Shown here piece after piece: positions 54,604-64,000 of a DNA stretch of 64,000 bases (position 1 is the stretch's first letter; every line of letters begins with the position of its first letter). The stretch comes from an uncultured Mediterranea sp. Lineage in GTDB: Bacteria; Bacteroidota; Bacteroidia; Bacteroidales; Bacteroidaceae. The stretch is from positions 5,790-69,789 of the forward strand of contig CAMCUZ010000006.1 in the NCBI GenBank assembly GCA_945879145.1. The letters are read 5' to 3'. Position numbers and translations under genes: made by a program. The notes beneath the pieces were generated by a model. That model was given only the letters and a program-made list of their open reading frames with translations, did not search any database and was not told the DNA's origin.

Positions 54604-56499
54604 TTATTTCTTATCAAGTGCCTCAAAGCAGGAGTTCTTGCTGATGAATTCGGGCACGATAGCCTTCATGGCCGCTACAATCTGCATCTGGTCGTACGAG
54701 TAGCTGATGTCTATCAGATGCTGTATCCGCTCCTTGATTTCATCGTAGTCATACTCCCTGACTGTGGCTATCATGATCTTCTCGTGATAGGTAGGTTTGG
54801 TAAGTTCTTTCACGTTGAGCAGCTCTTCGTAGAGCTTCTCACCGTGGCGCAGTCCTGTGAACTCTATCTTCACATCGGTGCGTCCTGAGAGGCTGATCAT
54901 GCGCTTGGCTAGATCCACAATCTTCACCGGTTTGCCCATGTCGAAGATGTAGATCTCTCCTCCGTTGCCCATACTGCCTGCTTCGAGTACCAAGCGACAA
55001 GCCTCGGGGATGGTCATGAAGTAGCGGATAATCTCTGGATGGGTTACCGTCACAGGGCCACCGCGCTGAATCTGGTCACGGAAACGGGGAATCACCGAAC
55101 CATTTGAGCCCAGCACATTGCCAAAGCGGGTAGTGATGAACTGTGTCTTGCCACCCTCTCTCATGATTTTCTTGGCTAGTGACTGTACGTAGATTTCGCA
55201 TATGCGCTTTGAGCAACCCATTACATTGGTGGGGTTGACCGCCTTATCTGTTGAAATCATCACAAACTTTTCTGCACCATATTTCACGGCCAAATCGGCC
55301 AGTGTGCGTGTGCCGAACACGTTGATTTGAATCGACTCACTCACGTTGTCCTCCATCATAGGTACGTGTTTATAGGCAGCGGCGTGGAAGATATATTGCG
55401 GTTGGAACTGGCGGAAGATAGACTCCATGCGGCTGGGGTTGGAGATGTCGGCAATGATGGTTACGGCATCGATGTCGCGCCATCGGTCCTGCAGCTCCAG
55501 ACGGATGTCGTGGAGCGGTGTTTCGGCTTGATCCACCAATATCAGCTTATAGGGGTTGAACGAAGCCACTTGACGCATGATTTCGCTGCCGATAGAGCCT
55601 GCAGCTCCGGTAATCATGACCCGTTTGCCTTCCAGGTGCGAGGCTACCTTGCGGATGTCAATCTGTATGGGATCGCGTTGCAGCAAGTCCTCAATCTGAA
55701 TCTCTTTGATTTGTGTGGGGTTGAGCTGCCCGTTCCATTCGCTGATGGGTGGGGCAGAGAGCAACTTGATGTTGTGGGCCAGCATACGGTCGGCAAAGTC
55801 GCTGTCCTTCAAGTCCCCCATCTTGGCTGGTGAGATGATGATAGTCTGCACGTCGCGTTCAGCCAGCTCGTCCAGCAGGTTGCCGTCATTGGCATAGACC
55901 TTTACGCCCATCATGATTTTGCCCACCAGCTCCGGCTCATCGGCAATGAATCCGCGTAGGCGATAGTGATTGCTCAGTGATACACGCATCGCTTTAGCAA
56001 TGTTGACACCAGCCTCTTTGGCGCCGTAGATAAAGACATTTGCACTATGTGAACCGTCGAAGTTGATGCGCTCAAATATCATTTTCACCACGATGCGCGA
56101 GCAGGCCATTATAGCAAAACTGATGATATAGCCCATAAAGAGTACACTGATGGGCGCAACAACCACACTGAAAAAGTTTTCAAGGATAAAACTGCCTACT
56201 ATCAGCAACGTAAAGGCTGCTGAGAGCGAGACAAAGATGCGCATGATATCCACAAACGAGGAGAAGCGCAGTACATTGGAGTAGGTCTTGAAGATGCGAA
56301 AGCAGATTAGGTTGGCCAAGATAGTCCAGATGATGGTGCGGTCGATGGTAGAGGTTTCCAGGAAGATACTTCTGAAGTCATAGCGCAACGCGTATGCCAT
56401 CAGGCAAGAGAGCACAATGATGAGCACGTCAATCAGTAGGATGGTCCAGATAGGCAGCACCCTGCTCGACAGGTAGCGATGAATCACATTCTTCTTCAT
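54604..56499 (-). CDS. Membrane-bound UDP-sugar 4,6-dehydratase (PglF/WbpM/CapD family)
   Basis: Four N-terminal TMs, ITGAAGSIGSE, HAAAYKHVP, ISTDKAVNPTNVMG and RFGNVLGSNGSV. Promoter TACCTTTG at 56532-56539. Confidence 0.93.
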   Translation of the reverse strand: MKKNVIHRYLSSRVLPIWTILLIDVLIIVLSCLMAYALRYDFRSIFLETSTIDRTIIWTILANLICFRIFKTYSNVLRFSSFVDIMRIFVSLSAAFTLLIVGSFILENFFSVVVAPISVLFMGYIISFAIMACSRIVVKMIFERINFDGSHSANVFIYGAKEAGVNIAKAMRVSLSNHYRLRGFIADEPELVGKIMMGVKVYANDGNLLDELAERDVQTIIISPAKMGDLKDSDFADRMLAHNIKLLSAPPISEWNGQLNPTQIKEIQIEDLLQRDPIQIDIRKVASHLEGKRVMITGAAGSIGSEIMRQVASFNPYKLILVDQAETPLHDIRLELQDRWRDIDAVTIIADISNPSRMESIFRQFQPQYIFHAAAYKHVPMMEDNVSESIQINVFGTRTLADLAVKYGAEKFVMISTDKAVNPTNVMGCSKRICEIYVQSLAKKIMREGGKTQFITTRFGNVLGSNGSVIPRFRDQIQRGGPVTVTHPEIIRYFMTIPEACRLVLEAGSMGNGGEIYIFDMGKPVKIVDLAKRMISLSGRTDVKIEFTGLRHGEKLYEELLNVKELTKPTYHEKIMIATVREYDYDEIKERIQHLIDISYSYDQMQIVAAMKAIVPEFISKNSCFEALDKK

Positions 56500-56664
56500 T
56501 ATTTGTTTAGTATTAAAGTTGCAAACGGCTACAAAGGTAGGGGTTATTTATGAAACAAAAAAGGAAAATGTGTAGATTATTTGATTTTTTTCGTGTAATC
56601 ATGTTTTTTTGTCCATTTTTGGAAATAAAGATGTACCTTTGCGCTGTTTTTTAATCAGTAAACT

Positions 56665-57915
56665 ATGAATTATTCAGAGACAATAACATACCTTTATCAG
56701 AGTACTCCGCTGTTTCAACAGGTGGGGGCAGGGGCCTATAAAGAAGGATTGACCAATTCACTTCTTCTGGATGAACATCTGGGCCATCCGCATCGTTTGT
56801 TTCATTCTATTCACGTGGCAGGGACCAATGGAAAAGGCTCTTGTTCGCATACGCTGGCTGCTATCCTGCAGTCGGCTGGCTATCGGGTGGGACTCTACAC
56901 CTCTCCGCATCTGGTGGATTTTCGTGAGCGCATCCGTGTGAACGGTGTTCCGGTCAGTGAACAGTATGTCGTTGACTTTGTGGAGCGCGAACGCTCCTTC
57001 TTTGAGCCGCTCCATCCTTCCTTCTTCGAGTTGACCACGGCCATGGCATTCCGCTATTTTGCCGACTGCCATGTGGATGTGGCGGTTGTAGAGGTAGGAT
57101 TGGGTGGAAGGTTGGACTGTACCAATCTGATATCCCCTGATTTGAGTGTCATCACCAACATCAGCTTTGATCATACCCAGTTCTTGGGCCATACCCTAGC
57201 AGCTATTGCTCGCGAAAAGGCTGGCATCATTAAGCCACATACGCCGGTGGTGGTGGGAGAGGTGCTGCCCGAGACCCGCTCCGTGTTTGAGCATCAGGCC
57301 GAGGCCATGGAGGCTCCCCTCTATTTTGCTGAGGAGCAGCCGTTGCTCTATGCTGATGTGGAGATGGAGTTGAAAGGGTGCTATCAGCAGAAAAATCGGG
57401 CTACGGTGCTGGCTGCTATCCCCCTGCTGCAGCAGGCCGGTTACCGTGTTGGCGAGGCTGAGGTTCGCCGTGGCTTTGCTCAGGTGGTGGAGCTGACGGG
57501 ACTGCAAGGACGTTGGCAGCAGTTGCAGGATGCACCTCGTATGGTGTGTGACACAGGACACAACGTGGGAGGCATACGCTACGTGGCCGAACAACTCAAG
57601 TCGCAGCATTGCCGTACCCTGCGCATGGTGATGGGAATGGTCAACGACAAGGATATTCGTGGTGTATTGGCGTTGTTGCCTCGTCAGGCCGTCTATTACT
57701 TTACGCAAGCCAGTGTAAAGCGTGCCCTGCCCGTGGAGGAGTTTGCCCGTTTAGCTATGGAGGCTGGTCTGCAGGGGAGTTGTTACCCCGACGTGGCTTC
57801 AGCCGTTCGGGCCGCACAAAAAGAGAGCCTCCCCGAAGACTTCATCTTCGTAGGAGGCAGTAGCTACATTGTGGCCGATCTATTAACGTGTCGCGATGCA
57901 CTCAATCTCCACTAA
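56665..57915 (+). CDS. folC: Folylpolyglutamate synthase/dihydrofolate synthase
   Basis: HVAGTNGKGS, YTSPHL, EVGLGGRLD and DTGHN motifs. Promoter TACCTTTG at 56634-56641. Confidence 0.96.
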   Translation: MNYSETITYLYQSTPLFQQVGAGAYKEGLTNSLLLDEHLGHPHRLFHSIHVAGTNGKGSCSHTLAAILQSAGYRVGLYTSPHLVDFRERIRVNGVPVSEQYVVDFVERERSFFEPLHPSFFELTTAMAFRYFADCHVDVAVVEVGLGGRLDCTNLISPDLSVITNISFDHTQFLGHTLAAIAREKAGIIKPHTPVVVGEVLPETRSVFEHQAEAMEAPLYFAEEQPLLYADVEMELKGCYQQKNRATVLAAIPLLQQAGYRVGEAEVRRGFAQVVELTGLQGRWQQLQDAPRMVCDTGHNVGGIRYVAEQLKSQHCRTLRMVMGMVNDKDIRGVLALLPRQAVYYFTQASVKRALPVEEFARLAMEAGLQGSCYPDVASAVRAAQKESLPEDFIFVGGSSYIVADLLTCRDALNLH

Positions 57916-58257
57916 AGCCTCTTTGGGAAGCGCTTTCACTGCTACGGCCGACCGAGCCGGGCAGGCTCCCTCAAAGTAGGTGGCATACACCTTATTCATC
58001 TCGGCAAAGAGCGACATATCGGCTAGAAACACAGTAGTCTTCACGATGTGACTCATATCCAGACCGGCAGCTCCGAGGATATGCTTGATGTTCTCAAGCG
58101 ATTGATGGGCCTGGGCTTCAATGCCCTCGGCCATTAGGCCCGTTGCTGCATCAATGGGTAGCTGACCCGATACAAATACCATGCCATTGGCTTCGATAGC
58201 CTGGCTGTAAGGCCCGATAGCTCCGGGCGCTTTCTCACTACAAATTGCTTTCTTCAT
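57883..58257 (-). CDS. ridA: RidA/Rid family enamine deaminase
   Basis: APGAIGPYSQA, FVSGQLP, PARSAVAV and LP..ALVEIE motifs. Confidence 0.95.
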   Translation of the reverse strand: MKKAICSEKAPGAIGPYSQAIEANGMVFVSGQLPIDAATGLMAEGIEAQAHQSLENIKHILGAAGLDMSHIVKTTVFLADMSLFAEMNKVYATYFEGACPARSAVAVKALPKEALVEIECIATR

Positions 58258-58334
58258 TTTTCTTTTTTATTTTTGAGTGGTTCTTCTTCCAATGAATTGA
58301 ATCATATCCAATAATTTAATGAAACAGGAGAGTG

Positions 58335-60047
58335 CTACTTGCAATGCTTCTCAATCAGTGCTTCGGCATTGGGGTCGCCTAAGGATTTGGCTTTCTCAAA
58401 GCTGCTGCGAGCTTCGGGCTTCTTCTTCAATTGTACGTATGCCAGACCCATCAGACGGTACGCCTCAGCGTAGTTGGAGTCAATAGCTATGGCCTCTTGA
58501 AGCAACTTAATGGCCTCATCGTTGCGGCCAATGCGGAGATTAACCACAGCCAACTCAGCACGGTAGGTCAGTTCCTTAGGATTCATTTCGATGGCTTTCG
58601 CTAAGTCGTCGATGGCTCGCTGATATTGGCGCGACTGTAGGGCAGCATCAGCGCGATAGCTGTAGAATACGTCGTTAACCTGTCCGTTTACGGCCAGGAA
58701 ATAGGCGTCGTAATCCACCACGGCTTTGCGAGCCTTTTGGGCTCTCATGTAGGCTCCGGCCCGTTCCAGCAGGAAGGGAGCCGCTTCGGTGGTATAGGGC
58801 GCGGTGAAGCGGGCTATGCAACTGTCCATCAGCGCTACTACTTCATCTGCAGGGGCTTCCATCATCTCCTTGGTCTTCGCAGCGTTGAAGAAGCTTGTCG
58901 GCGATGCCATTGGCGAGGCATTGACTGACTCGTATGCCGTGAGGGCCTCTGAATAGTGCTTCAGAGCAAACTGCAAATCACCCTCCAGTTGGCGATAGAT
59001 GGGCAACGGGTCGATGGCAATGGCTTGTTGCACCTCGCCCAAGGCTTTTTCAAATGTCCAGTCTTTATACTCCTTGCCTCCGCTAACCAGATAGTTGTAG
59101 ATCAACTTGGCGCGTTGATACCTCACCTCGTCTGGCTTGCTGCTTACAGCGAGTGCTTGATCCATATCGGTCTCCGCTTGCTTCATCGTGGCCTCGTCGG
59201 AAGCAGAGGCTATCAGTTGACCTGCACGTCGCAGGTAGCCATCGGCGCTGTTTGGATATTGCTTTATAAAGGTGTCTAGCAGTTCCTGGTACTGTTCAGC
59301 AGGTAGCTGGGTGGAAGCCATGTAGAGACATACCAGGGCTTGCTCCTCCGTATCGGGGAGCGCCTTGCGGATACCAACGCCTTGGAGGGTTACATCCATT
59401 AGTGAGAAGGGGGTGATGCTCAGGTCCATGGCGAAACGCGCATCCATGGCATAGCTGGTAGTGGCGGTATCGGGTCCGCTGGCTCGTTGGGCTAGACCGA
59501 ACACCTCCCCCTCAGCGGTCATGAGCGGACAGCTCACCATCTTATCTTTCAGTGGGAGGGCGAGGGTGAAATAGCCGTAGTTACCTTGTGCTTTGTCTTC
59601 AGCCTGCAGGGTACCTTGTGTGAAGGTACGGCTCTTCTGCGTGGAGTAGGGCAGGAGATAGACCGTGCTTCCCACGGCAGGTTTCTGTGTGGCCAGGATG
59701 AGGGGAGATACCTTCTTAGGTACTTGTACTTTGAATTTGATAACGTCGAATAGCTCGTTTGCTCCGAGGATGTACTCCACGGGCATCTGCACGCCTTGCG
59801 TATTGATGGCCACCGCCCGTGATGCGCCTCTAAAGAGAGCGTAGTCTGAGAGAGCCACTCCCTCTTCTGTTACGAAGAAGGCGTTACCAGTGGCTTTGAT
59901 GTGGTCTTGTGCGTCGTAGGTCACTACGGAGAAAACCGCTTGTCGTGCCTTTTCCATCCACTTTGGCCCTTGCGCCAAAGCTGGCATTACGGTAACCTGA
60001 AGTCCCACAAATACCCCTACAATCAGTTGAATGATTCGTTGTTTCAT
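58335..60047 (-). CDS. Exported trypsin-like (probably degenerate) domain + TPR protein
   Basis: Signal peptide, TGNAFFVTEEG..SCPLMTAEGEVFG trypsin-like region and multiple C-terminal TPRs. Confidence 0.8.
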   Translation of the reverse strand: MKQRIIQLIVGVFVGLQVTVMPALAQGPKWMEKARQAVFSVVTYDAQDHIKATGNAFFVTEEGVALSDYALFRGASRAVAINTQGVQMPVEYILGANELFDVIKFKVQVPKKVSPLILATQKPAVGSTVYLLPYSTQKSRTFTQGTLQAEDKAQGNYGYFTLALPLKDKMVSCPLMTAEGEVFGLAQRASGPDTATTSYAMDARFAMDLSITPFSLMDVTLQGVGIRKALPDTEEQALVCLYMASTQLPAEQYQELLDTFIKQYPNSADGYLRRAGQLIASASDEATMKQAETDMDQALAVSSKPDEVRYQRAKLIYNYLVSGGKEYKDWTFEKALGEVQQAIAIDPLPIYRQLEGDLQFALKHYSEALTAYESVNASPMASPTSFFNAAKTKEMMEAPADEVVALMDSCIARFTAPYTTEAAPFLLERAGAYMRAQKARKAVVDYDAYFLAVNGQVNDVFYSYRADAALQSRQYQRAIDDLAKAIEMNPKELTYRAELAVVNLRIGRNDEAIKLLQEAIAIDSNYAEAYRLMGLAYVQLKKKPEARSSFEKAKSLGDPNAEALIEKHCK

Positions 60048-60092
60048 TTATCTAAATTTTTAATCTACAAAATTATCACTAAACACTAATCA

Positions 60093-60830
60093 CTAGATGG
60101 TTTCCCCTCTACCCCGGATGGCTTCGTAAATCAGAATACCCGCAGCTACGCTGACGTTGAGCGATTCAATGGTGCCCCGCATGGGGATTTTGACCCATTC
60201 GTCGCAGAGAGCCAGATTATCGTACGACACTCCTTTGTCCTCAGCTCCCATGATGATGCAGAGCGGGCCGGAGTAGTCGGCCTCTGTGTAGTTGTAGTCT
60301 CCCTTCTCGGTAGCTGCTATGATGCGAAACCCACTCTCTTTAAGATAGCGCAGGGTGGCAGTGAGGTTCAACTCGCGACAGACAGGTAGCTTGTGAAGTG
60401 CGCCGGCAGAGGTCTTGATGGCGTCTGCGTTGACCGACACGCTGTCACGGTTGGGAATGATAAGAGCATCTACGCCCGCACACTCACAGGTGCGTGCTAT
60501 GGCTCCAAAGTTGCGTACATCGGTTACCCCATCAAGCATGATGAAGAAGGGGTTCTTGCCCTCTTCAAAAAGGAATGGAACCAGTTGTTCCGTGAGTTGG
60601 TAGGTGACTGGCGAGATGAAGGCCACTACCCCTTGGTGGTTCTTCTTTGTGATGCGGTTGAGTCGCTCAATAGGTACCCGTTGCACAGGGATGGTGGTTC
60701 CCTTGAGTGCAGCAAAGAGTTCTTTCGAGAGGTCACTCTGAATATCTCGCTTTATTAAAATCTTATCAATCTCTTTTCCGGCTTGCAGGGCCTCAATCAC
60801 AGCCCGCACGCCAAATATCATTTCGTTCAT
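60093..60830 (-). CDS. rlmB: 23S rRNA (Gm2251) 2'-O-methyltransferase
   Basis: IFGVRAVIEAL, NHQGV, DGVTDVRNFGAI, GAEDKG and ESLNVSVA motifs. Confidence 0.95.
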   Translation of the reverse strand: MNEMIFGVRAVIEALQAGKEIDKILIKRDIQSDLSKELFAALKGTTIPVQRVPIERLNRITKKNHQGVVAFISPVTYQLTEQLVPFLFEEGKNPFFIMLDGVTDVRNFGAIARTCECAGVDALIIPNRDSVSVNADAIKTSAGALHKLPVCRELNLTATLRYLKESGFRIIAATEKGDYNYTEADYSGPLCIIMGAEDKGVSYDNLALCDEWVKIPMRGTIESLNVSVAAGILIYEAIRGRGETI

Positions 60831-60869
60831 TTCACTAATAATCACTAAACACTAAACACTAATCACTAT

Positions 60870-62534
60870 TCATCCCTCTCTCCTCAGCAACGCTCTGGCA
60901 TTGGCCAGGGCTGCCTCGGTCAGGGTGGCACCACTCAACATGTGGGCTATCTCTTCAACACGTTCCGCGGCGGTAAGGCAACGGATATGACTATTGGTCT
61001 CCGTGTCGCTATCCTCCTTATATACCTTATAATGTACGTTGCCGCGGGCAGCTATCTGCGGCAGGTGGGTGATGCTGATGACCTGACGCTCGTTGTGTCC
61101 CATCTCCTGCATGATGTCAGCCATACGGTCGGCAATCTCGCCCGATACCCCTGTGTCGATTTCGTCGAAGATGATGGTGGGTAGCTTCACCGCGCCTGCA
61201 ATCATGGCTTTGAGTGAGAGCATGACGCGAGCCGTTTCGCCTCCTGAGGCTACGTTGGAGATGCTCTGCATGTGGGCGTTTTTGTTGGCTGAGAAGAGAA
61301 AATTGACGGTGTCCATGCCGTGTGTACCGGGCTCTTTTCGTCGGCCTATTTCTACGGCAAAGCGCACGTTGGGCATGCCGAGCAGGGCAAGCCGCGTCAC
61401 AATTTCCTGCTCCACCTGGTTGGCCGCCTTGCGGCGCACTTGGCTGAGCACTTCCGCCTGCTCCATCACCTGTTGGCGACTCTTTTCTACTTCGGCAGTC
61501 AGGTGCTCTAAGCGGTCGTCACCCTGTGTGAGCATGGAGAGTTTCTGCTCGAAGCCCTGCATCAACTCAATGAGCTGTGCCACGCTCTCCACGTGGTGCT
61601 TCTTCTGTAGTGTATAGATCAGGTTGAGCCGTTCGTTTACCTCATCCATTCGCTGTGGATTGTACTCTATCTGCTCCTCTTGGAGTGATGCCTCTTGGGC
61701 AATGTCTTTCAGTTCAATGTAGCTACTCTCCATACGTGTAGCCAGCTCTTCAGCAGGAGCGAATACCCCTGATAGACCGTTGAGTACATGGATAACCTCC
61801 TTGAGTTGGGCTATCACACCCTCTTCATCGCCGTTGAGCAACTGGGCTGACTTGTAGAGTCCTGCCTTGATCTCTTCAGCGTGGCTCAACATCTCGACCT
61901 CCTGCTCCAATTCCTCCTGTTCCCCGTCAGTCAGCTGTGCTTCGCTGAGTTGCTCCCACTGGAAACGGAGATAGTCCTCTTCGCCCCGTTCGCGATCCAG
62001 TGTGGCCTGCAGCTCATCGAGCTCAGTGCGTAGTTTGCGCCAGCCGTTGTAGCGGGTAGTATATTCTTCCAAAGCTTTGTCGTTGTGGCCTATCAGGTCT
62101 AGTACGTTGAGTTGGAAACCCTCCTTATCAAGCAGCAGATTCTGGTGTTGCGAATGGATATCAACCAGCTGTTCGCCCAGCTCTTTCATTAGGGAGAGGG
62201 GTGCGGGTGAGTCATTGATAAATGCGCGGCTCTTGCCTGAAGCGTAGAGCTCTCGACGCAAGATGCATTCCTCATCATATTCCAGGCCGTTTTCCTCGAA
62301 GAAGGGTTTCATGCCGTAGGCCTTCACGGCGAAGTGTGCCTCGATAATGCACTTTGAGGCTCCGCGGCGTATGGCTTTGACGTCGGCTCGCTGTCCGAGC
62401 AGCAGACCAATGGCCCCCAGGAGGATGGATTTTCCAGCACCGGTTTCGCCGGTGATGACCGAGAATCCACCTTTGAAGGAGATGTCAAGTTGCTCGATAA
62501 GCGCGTAATTCTGTATGTAGAGTGTTGTGAGCAT
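60870..62534 (-). CDS. recN: DNA repair protein RecN
   Basis: ITGETGAGKS, IHSQHQ, a coiled coil, ASGGE, FDEIDTGVSG and ITHLPQIAA motifs. Confidence 0.97.
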   Translation of the reverse strand: MLTTLYIQNYALIEQLDISFKGGFSVITGETGAGKSILLGAIGLLLGQRADVKAIRRGASKCIIEAHFAVKAYGMKPFFEENGLEYDEECILRRELYASGKSRAFINDSPAPLSLMKELGEQLVDIHSQHQNLLLDKEGFQLNVLDLIGHNDKALEEYTTRYNGWRKLRTELDELQATLDRERGEEDYLRFQWEQLSEAQLTDGEQEELEQEVEMLSHAEEIKAGLYKSAQLLNGDEEGVIAQLKEVIHVLNGLSGVFAPAEELATRMESSYIELKDIAQEASLQEEQIEYNPQRMDEVNERLNLIYTLQKKHHVESVAQLIELMQGFEQKLSMLTQGDDRLEHLTAEVEKSRQQVMEQAEVLSQVRRKAANQVEQEIVTRLALLGMPNVRFAVEIGRRKEPGTHGMDTVNFLFSANKNAHMQSISNVASGGETARVMLSLKAMIAGAVKLPTIIFDEIDTGVSGEIADRMADIMQEMGHNERQVISITHLPQIAARGNVHYKVYKEDSDTETNSHIRCLTAAERVEEIAHMLSGATLTEAALANARALLRREG

Positions 62535-62545
62535 GGTAGGGATGG

Positions 62546-63760
62546 TTATGAGTTCAGGCGTCGGGCCATTTCGTCCACAATGTCGCGGGCTACCTCCTCC
62601 TTGCTTTTCAGGGGGAAGTCACGCTGGCTTTCGGCGTCTATCAAGGTTATCTTATTGGTGTCACAGCGGAATCCCGCCCCTTTGTCCTCCAGCGAGTTGA
62701 GCACGATGAAGTCCAGATGCTTGCGTGTCAATTTCTCCAGGGCATGCTCACGGGCATTACAGGTCTCCAGCGCGAAGCCTACGAGCAGTTGTCCAGGTTG
62801 TTTGGCGTGGCCCAGGGCGGCGGCAATGTCATTCGTAGGCATCAGATGGAGCGTCATCTCACCAGTACGTTCGCGTTTGATTTTCTCTTTGGCTGCTGTT
62901 TCGGGGGTATAATCAGCTACCGCAGCCGAGAGGATAGCGGCATCCTGGTTGGGGAACCACTTCATAGCGGTTTCGTACATTTGCTGTGCACTCTCCACAT
63001 TGATGCGTCGTGCAATGGGGAGGTAAGTCTTCCGTTCCACGGGACCGGCGATGAGCGTTACCTCTGCTCCCCGGGCTGTACATTCGTCGGCCAGGGCAAA
63101 GCCCATCTTACCTGAAGAATAGTTGCCGATGAAGCGCACGGGGTCCATTTTCTCAAACGTAGGGCCTGCGGTGATGAGCACCTTGCGCCCCTTCAGCTCC
63201 CCATCGCGACGGGCAAAGAAGAGCTCCAGGTAGCGTACTATTTCCTCTGGCTCCTCCATACGTCCCTTGCCCACGAGATGGCTGGCCAGTTCGCCCTCAG
63301 CAGGCTCGATGATGTAGTTGCCGTATGAACGCAACAGGTCGAGGTTAGCCTGTGTAGAGGGGTGGGCATACATGTCCAGGTCCATGGCTGGAGCCACGAA
63401 GACGGGTGCCTTGGCTGAGAGGTAGGTGGTGATGAGCATGTTATCGGCCACGCCATGGGCCATCTTGCCAATGGTTGACGCCGTAGCAGGGGCGATGAGC
63501 ATGGCATCGGCCCAGAGGCCCAAATCCACGTGACTGTGCCATGAGCCGTCACGTCCGGAGAAGAACTCTGTGATGACCGGTTTGCTGGTTAGTGCAGAGA
63601 GGGTGACGGGTGTGATGAACTCTCTGCCCGCAGGCGTGATAACCACTTGCACCTGAGCACCTCGCTTCACCAGAAGGCGAATCAGCAGACAGGCCTTATA
63701 GGCTGCAATGCTGCCCGTAATGCCTAGTACGATTTTCTTGCCATTCAGTATGTTGACCAT
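62546..63760 (-). CDS. coaBC: Bifunctional phosphopantothenoylcysteine decarboxylase/ligase
   Basis: GITGSIAAYK, APAMDLDM, TAGPT..DPVRFIGNYSSGKMG and SAAVADY motifs. Confidence 0.97.
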   Translation of the reverse strand: MVNILNGKKIVLGITGSIAAYKACLLIRLLVKRGAQVQVVITPAGREFITPVTLSALTSKPVITEFFSGRDGSWHSHVDLGLWADAMLIAPATASTIGKMAHGVADNMLITTYLSAKAPVFVAPAMDLDMYAHPSTQANLDLLRSYGNYIIEPAEGELASHLVGKGRMEEPEEIVRYLELFFARRDGELKGRKVLITAGPTFEKMDPVRFIGNYSSGKMGFALADECTARGAEVTLIAGPVERKTYLPIARRINVESAQQMYETAMKWFPNQDAAILSAAVADYTPETAAKEKIKRERTGEMTLHLMPTNDIAAALGHAKQPGQLLVGFALETCNAREHALEKLTRKHLDFIVLNSLEDKGAGFRCDTNKITLIDAESQRDFPLKSKEEVARDIVDEMARRLNS

Positions 63761-63778
63761 AATGTTTTTTCCTGCTTG

Positions 63779-64000
63779 TTATCCGATGCGTGTGGGCTGT
63801 CCCAGTTTGATTTTGGTGAGCATGTTCTTGGTGTTGAGCGTAAAGTCATTGCCCATGATCCAGCCGTAGTAGGAGGGGTCTTGCTGTAGAATTTCGCTAA
63901 CCAGACGTCCCTTGTATTTGCCAAAGTTGAAGGTCTCGCGTCCCTTTTCATCATAGATCATGCGTCCGGCAAAGTCCACGTTCCTGTTGAACGAGGAGAA
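63779..64000 (-). CDS. C-terminal part of a 3'-5' exonuclease (DNA polymerase III epsilon-like); truncated by the window edge
   Basis: VDFAGRM..FNFGKYKG..DPSYYGWI C-terminus and position upstream of coaBC-recN. Confidence 0.7.
   Translation of the reverse strand, partial: FSSFNRNVDFAGRMIYDEKGRETFNFGKYKGRLVSEILQQDPSYYGWIMGNDFTLNTKNMLTKIKLGQPTRIG

Noticed and set aside
57883-57915. 33-bp convergent overlap of folC and ridA
   Set aside because: Short 3' overlaps of convergent genes are common, and both proteins look complete.
58268-58275. Plus-strand TATTTTTG suggesting an antisense promoter into the TPR gene
   Set aside because: It is most simply the complement of the A-rich translation-initiation region of ridA.
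1-64000. tRNA, rRNA, tmRNA or transposase genes
   Set aside because: No cloverleaf or rRNA signature and no IS-like ORF was recognised. Nearly all sequence is accounted for by CDSs.

Overview
High-GC Bacteroidales chromosomal window, judged from TAnnTTTG -7 promoter boxes, a hybrid two-component system and the gene order. Most of it is housekeeping: holB (partial), metF, prmA, purL, cstA, ABC-F, mtaB, nadD, gmk, yicC, tsaB, rimM, dxr, rseP, nadE, cydAB, folC, ridA, rlmB, recN and coaBC. I saw no rRNA, tRNA, CRISPR array or transposase. The standout is a co-directional 9-gene accessory cluster at 15516-27207. It encodes an MltC-like lytic transglycosylase, a signal-less double-zinc-ribbon (DZR) gingipain/C25-like cysteine protease, a DZR-SPFH-coiled-coil protein and an 81-aa orphan. 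These are followed by a DZR-TM-Sel1 protein, CsgG/FlgT-like and DUF6175-like exported proteins and two LPP20-like proteins. Together they form a candidate undescribed trans-envelope complex or signalling system. A ~1 kb intergenic region upstream is built from 11-, 22- and 33-bp repeats. Secondary observations are GTAG REP-like hairpins around a FadL-like gene, no murA at what I recall as its usual DUF4290-rimM site, and three TGAAAA..TTTTCA palindromes between cydA and cydB. All domain calls come from reading motifs by eye; no searches were run.
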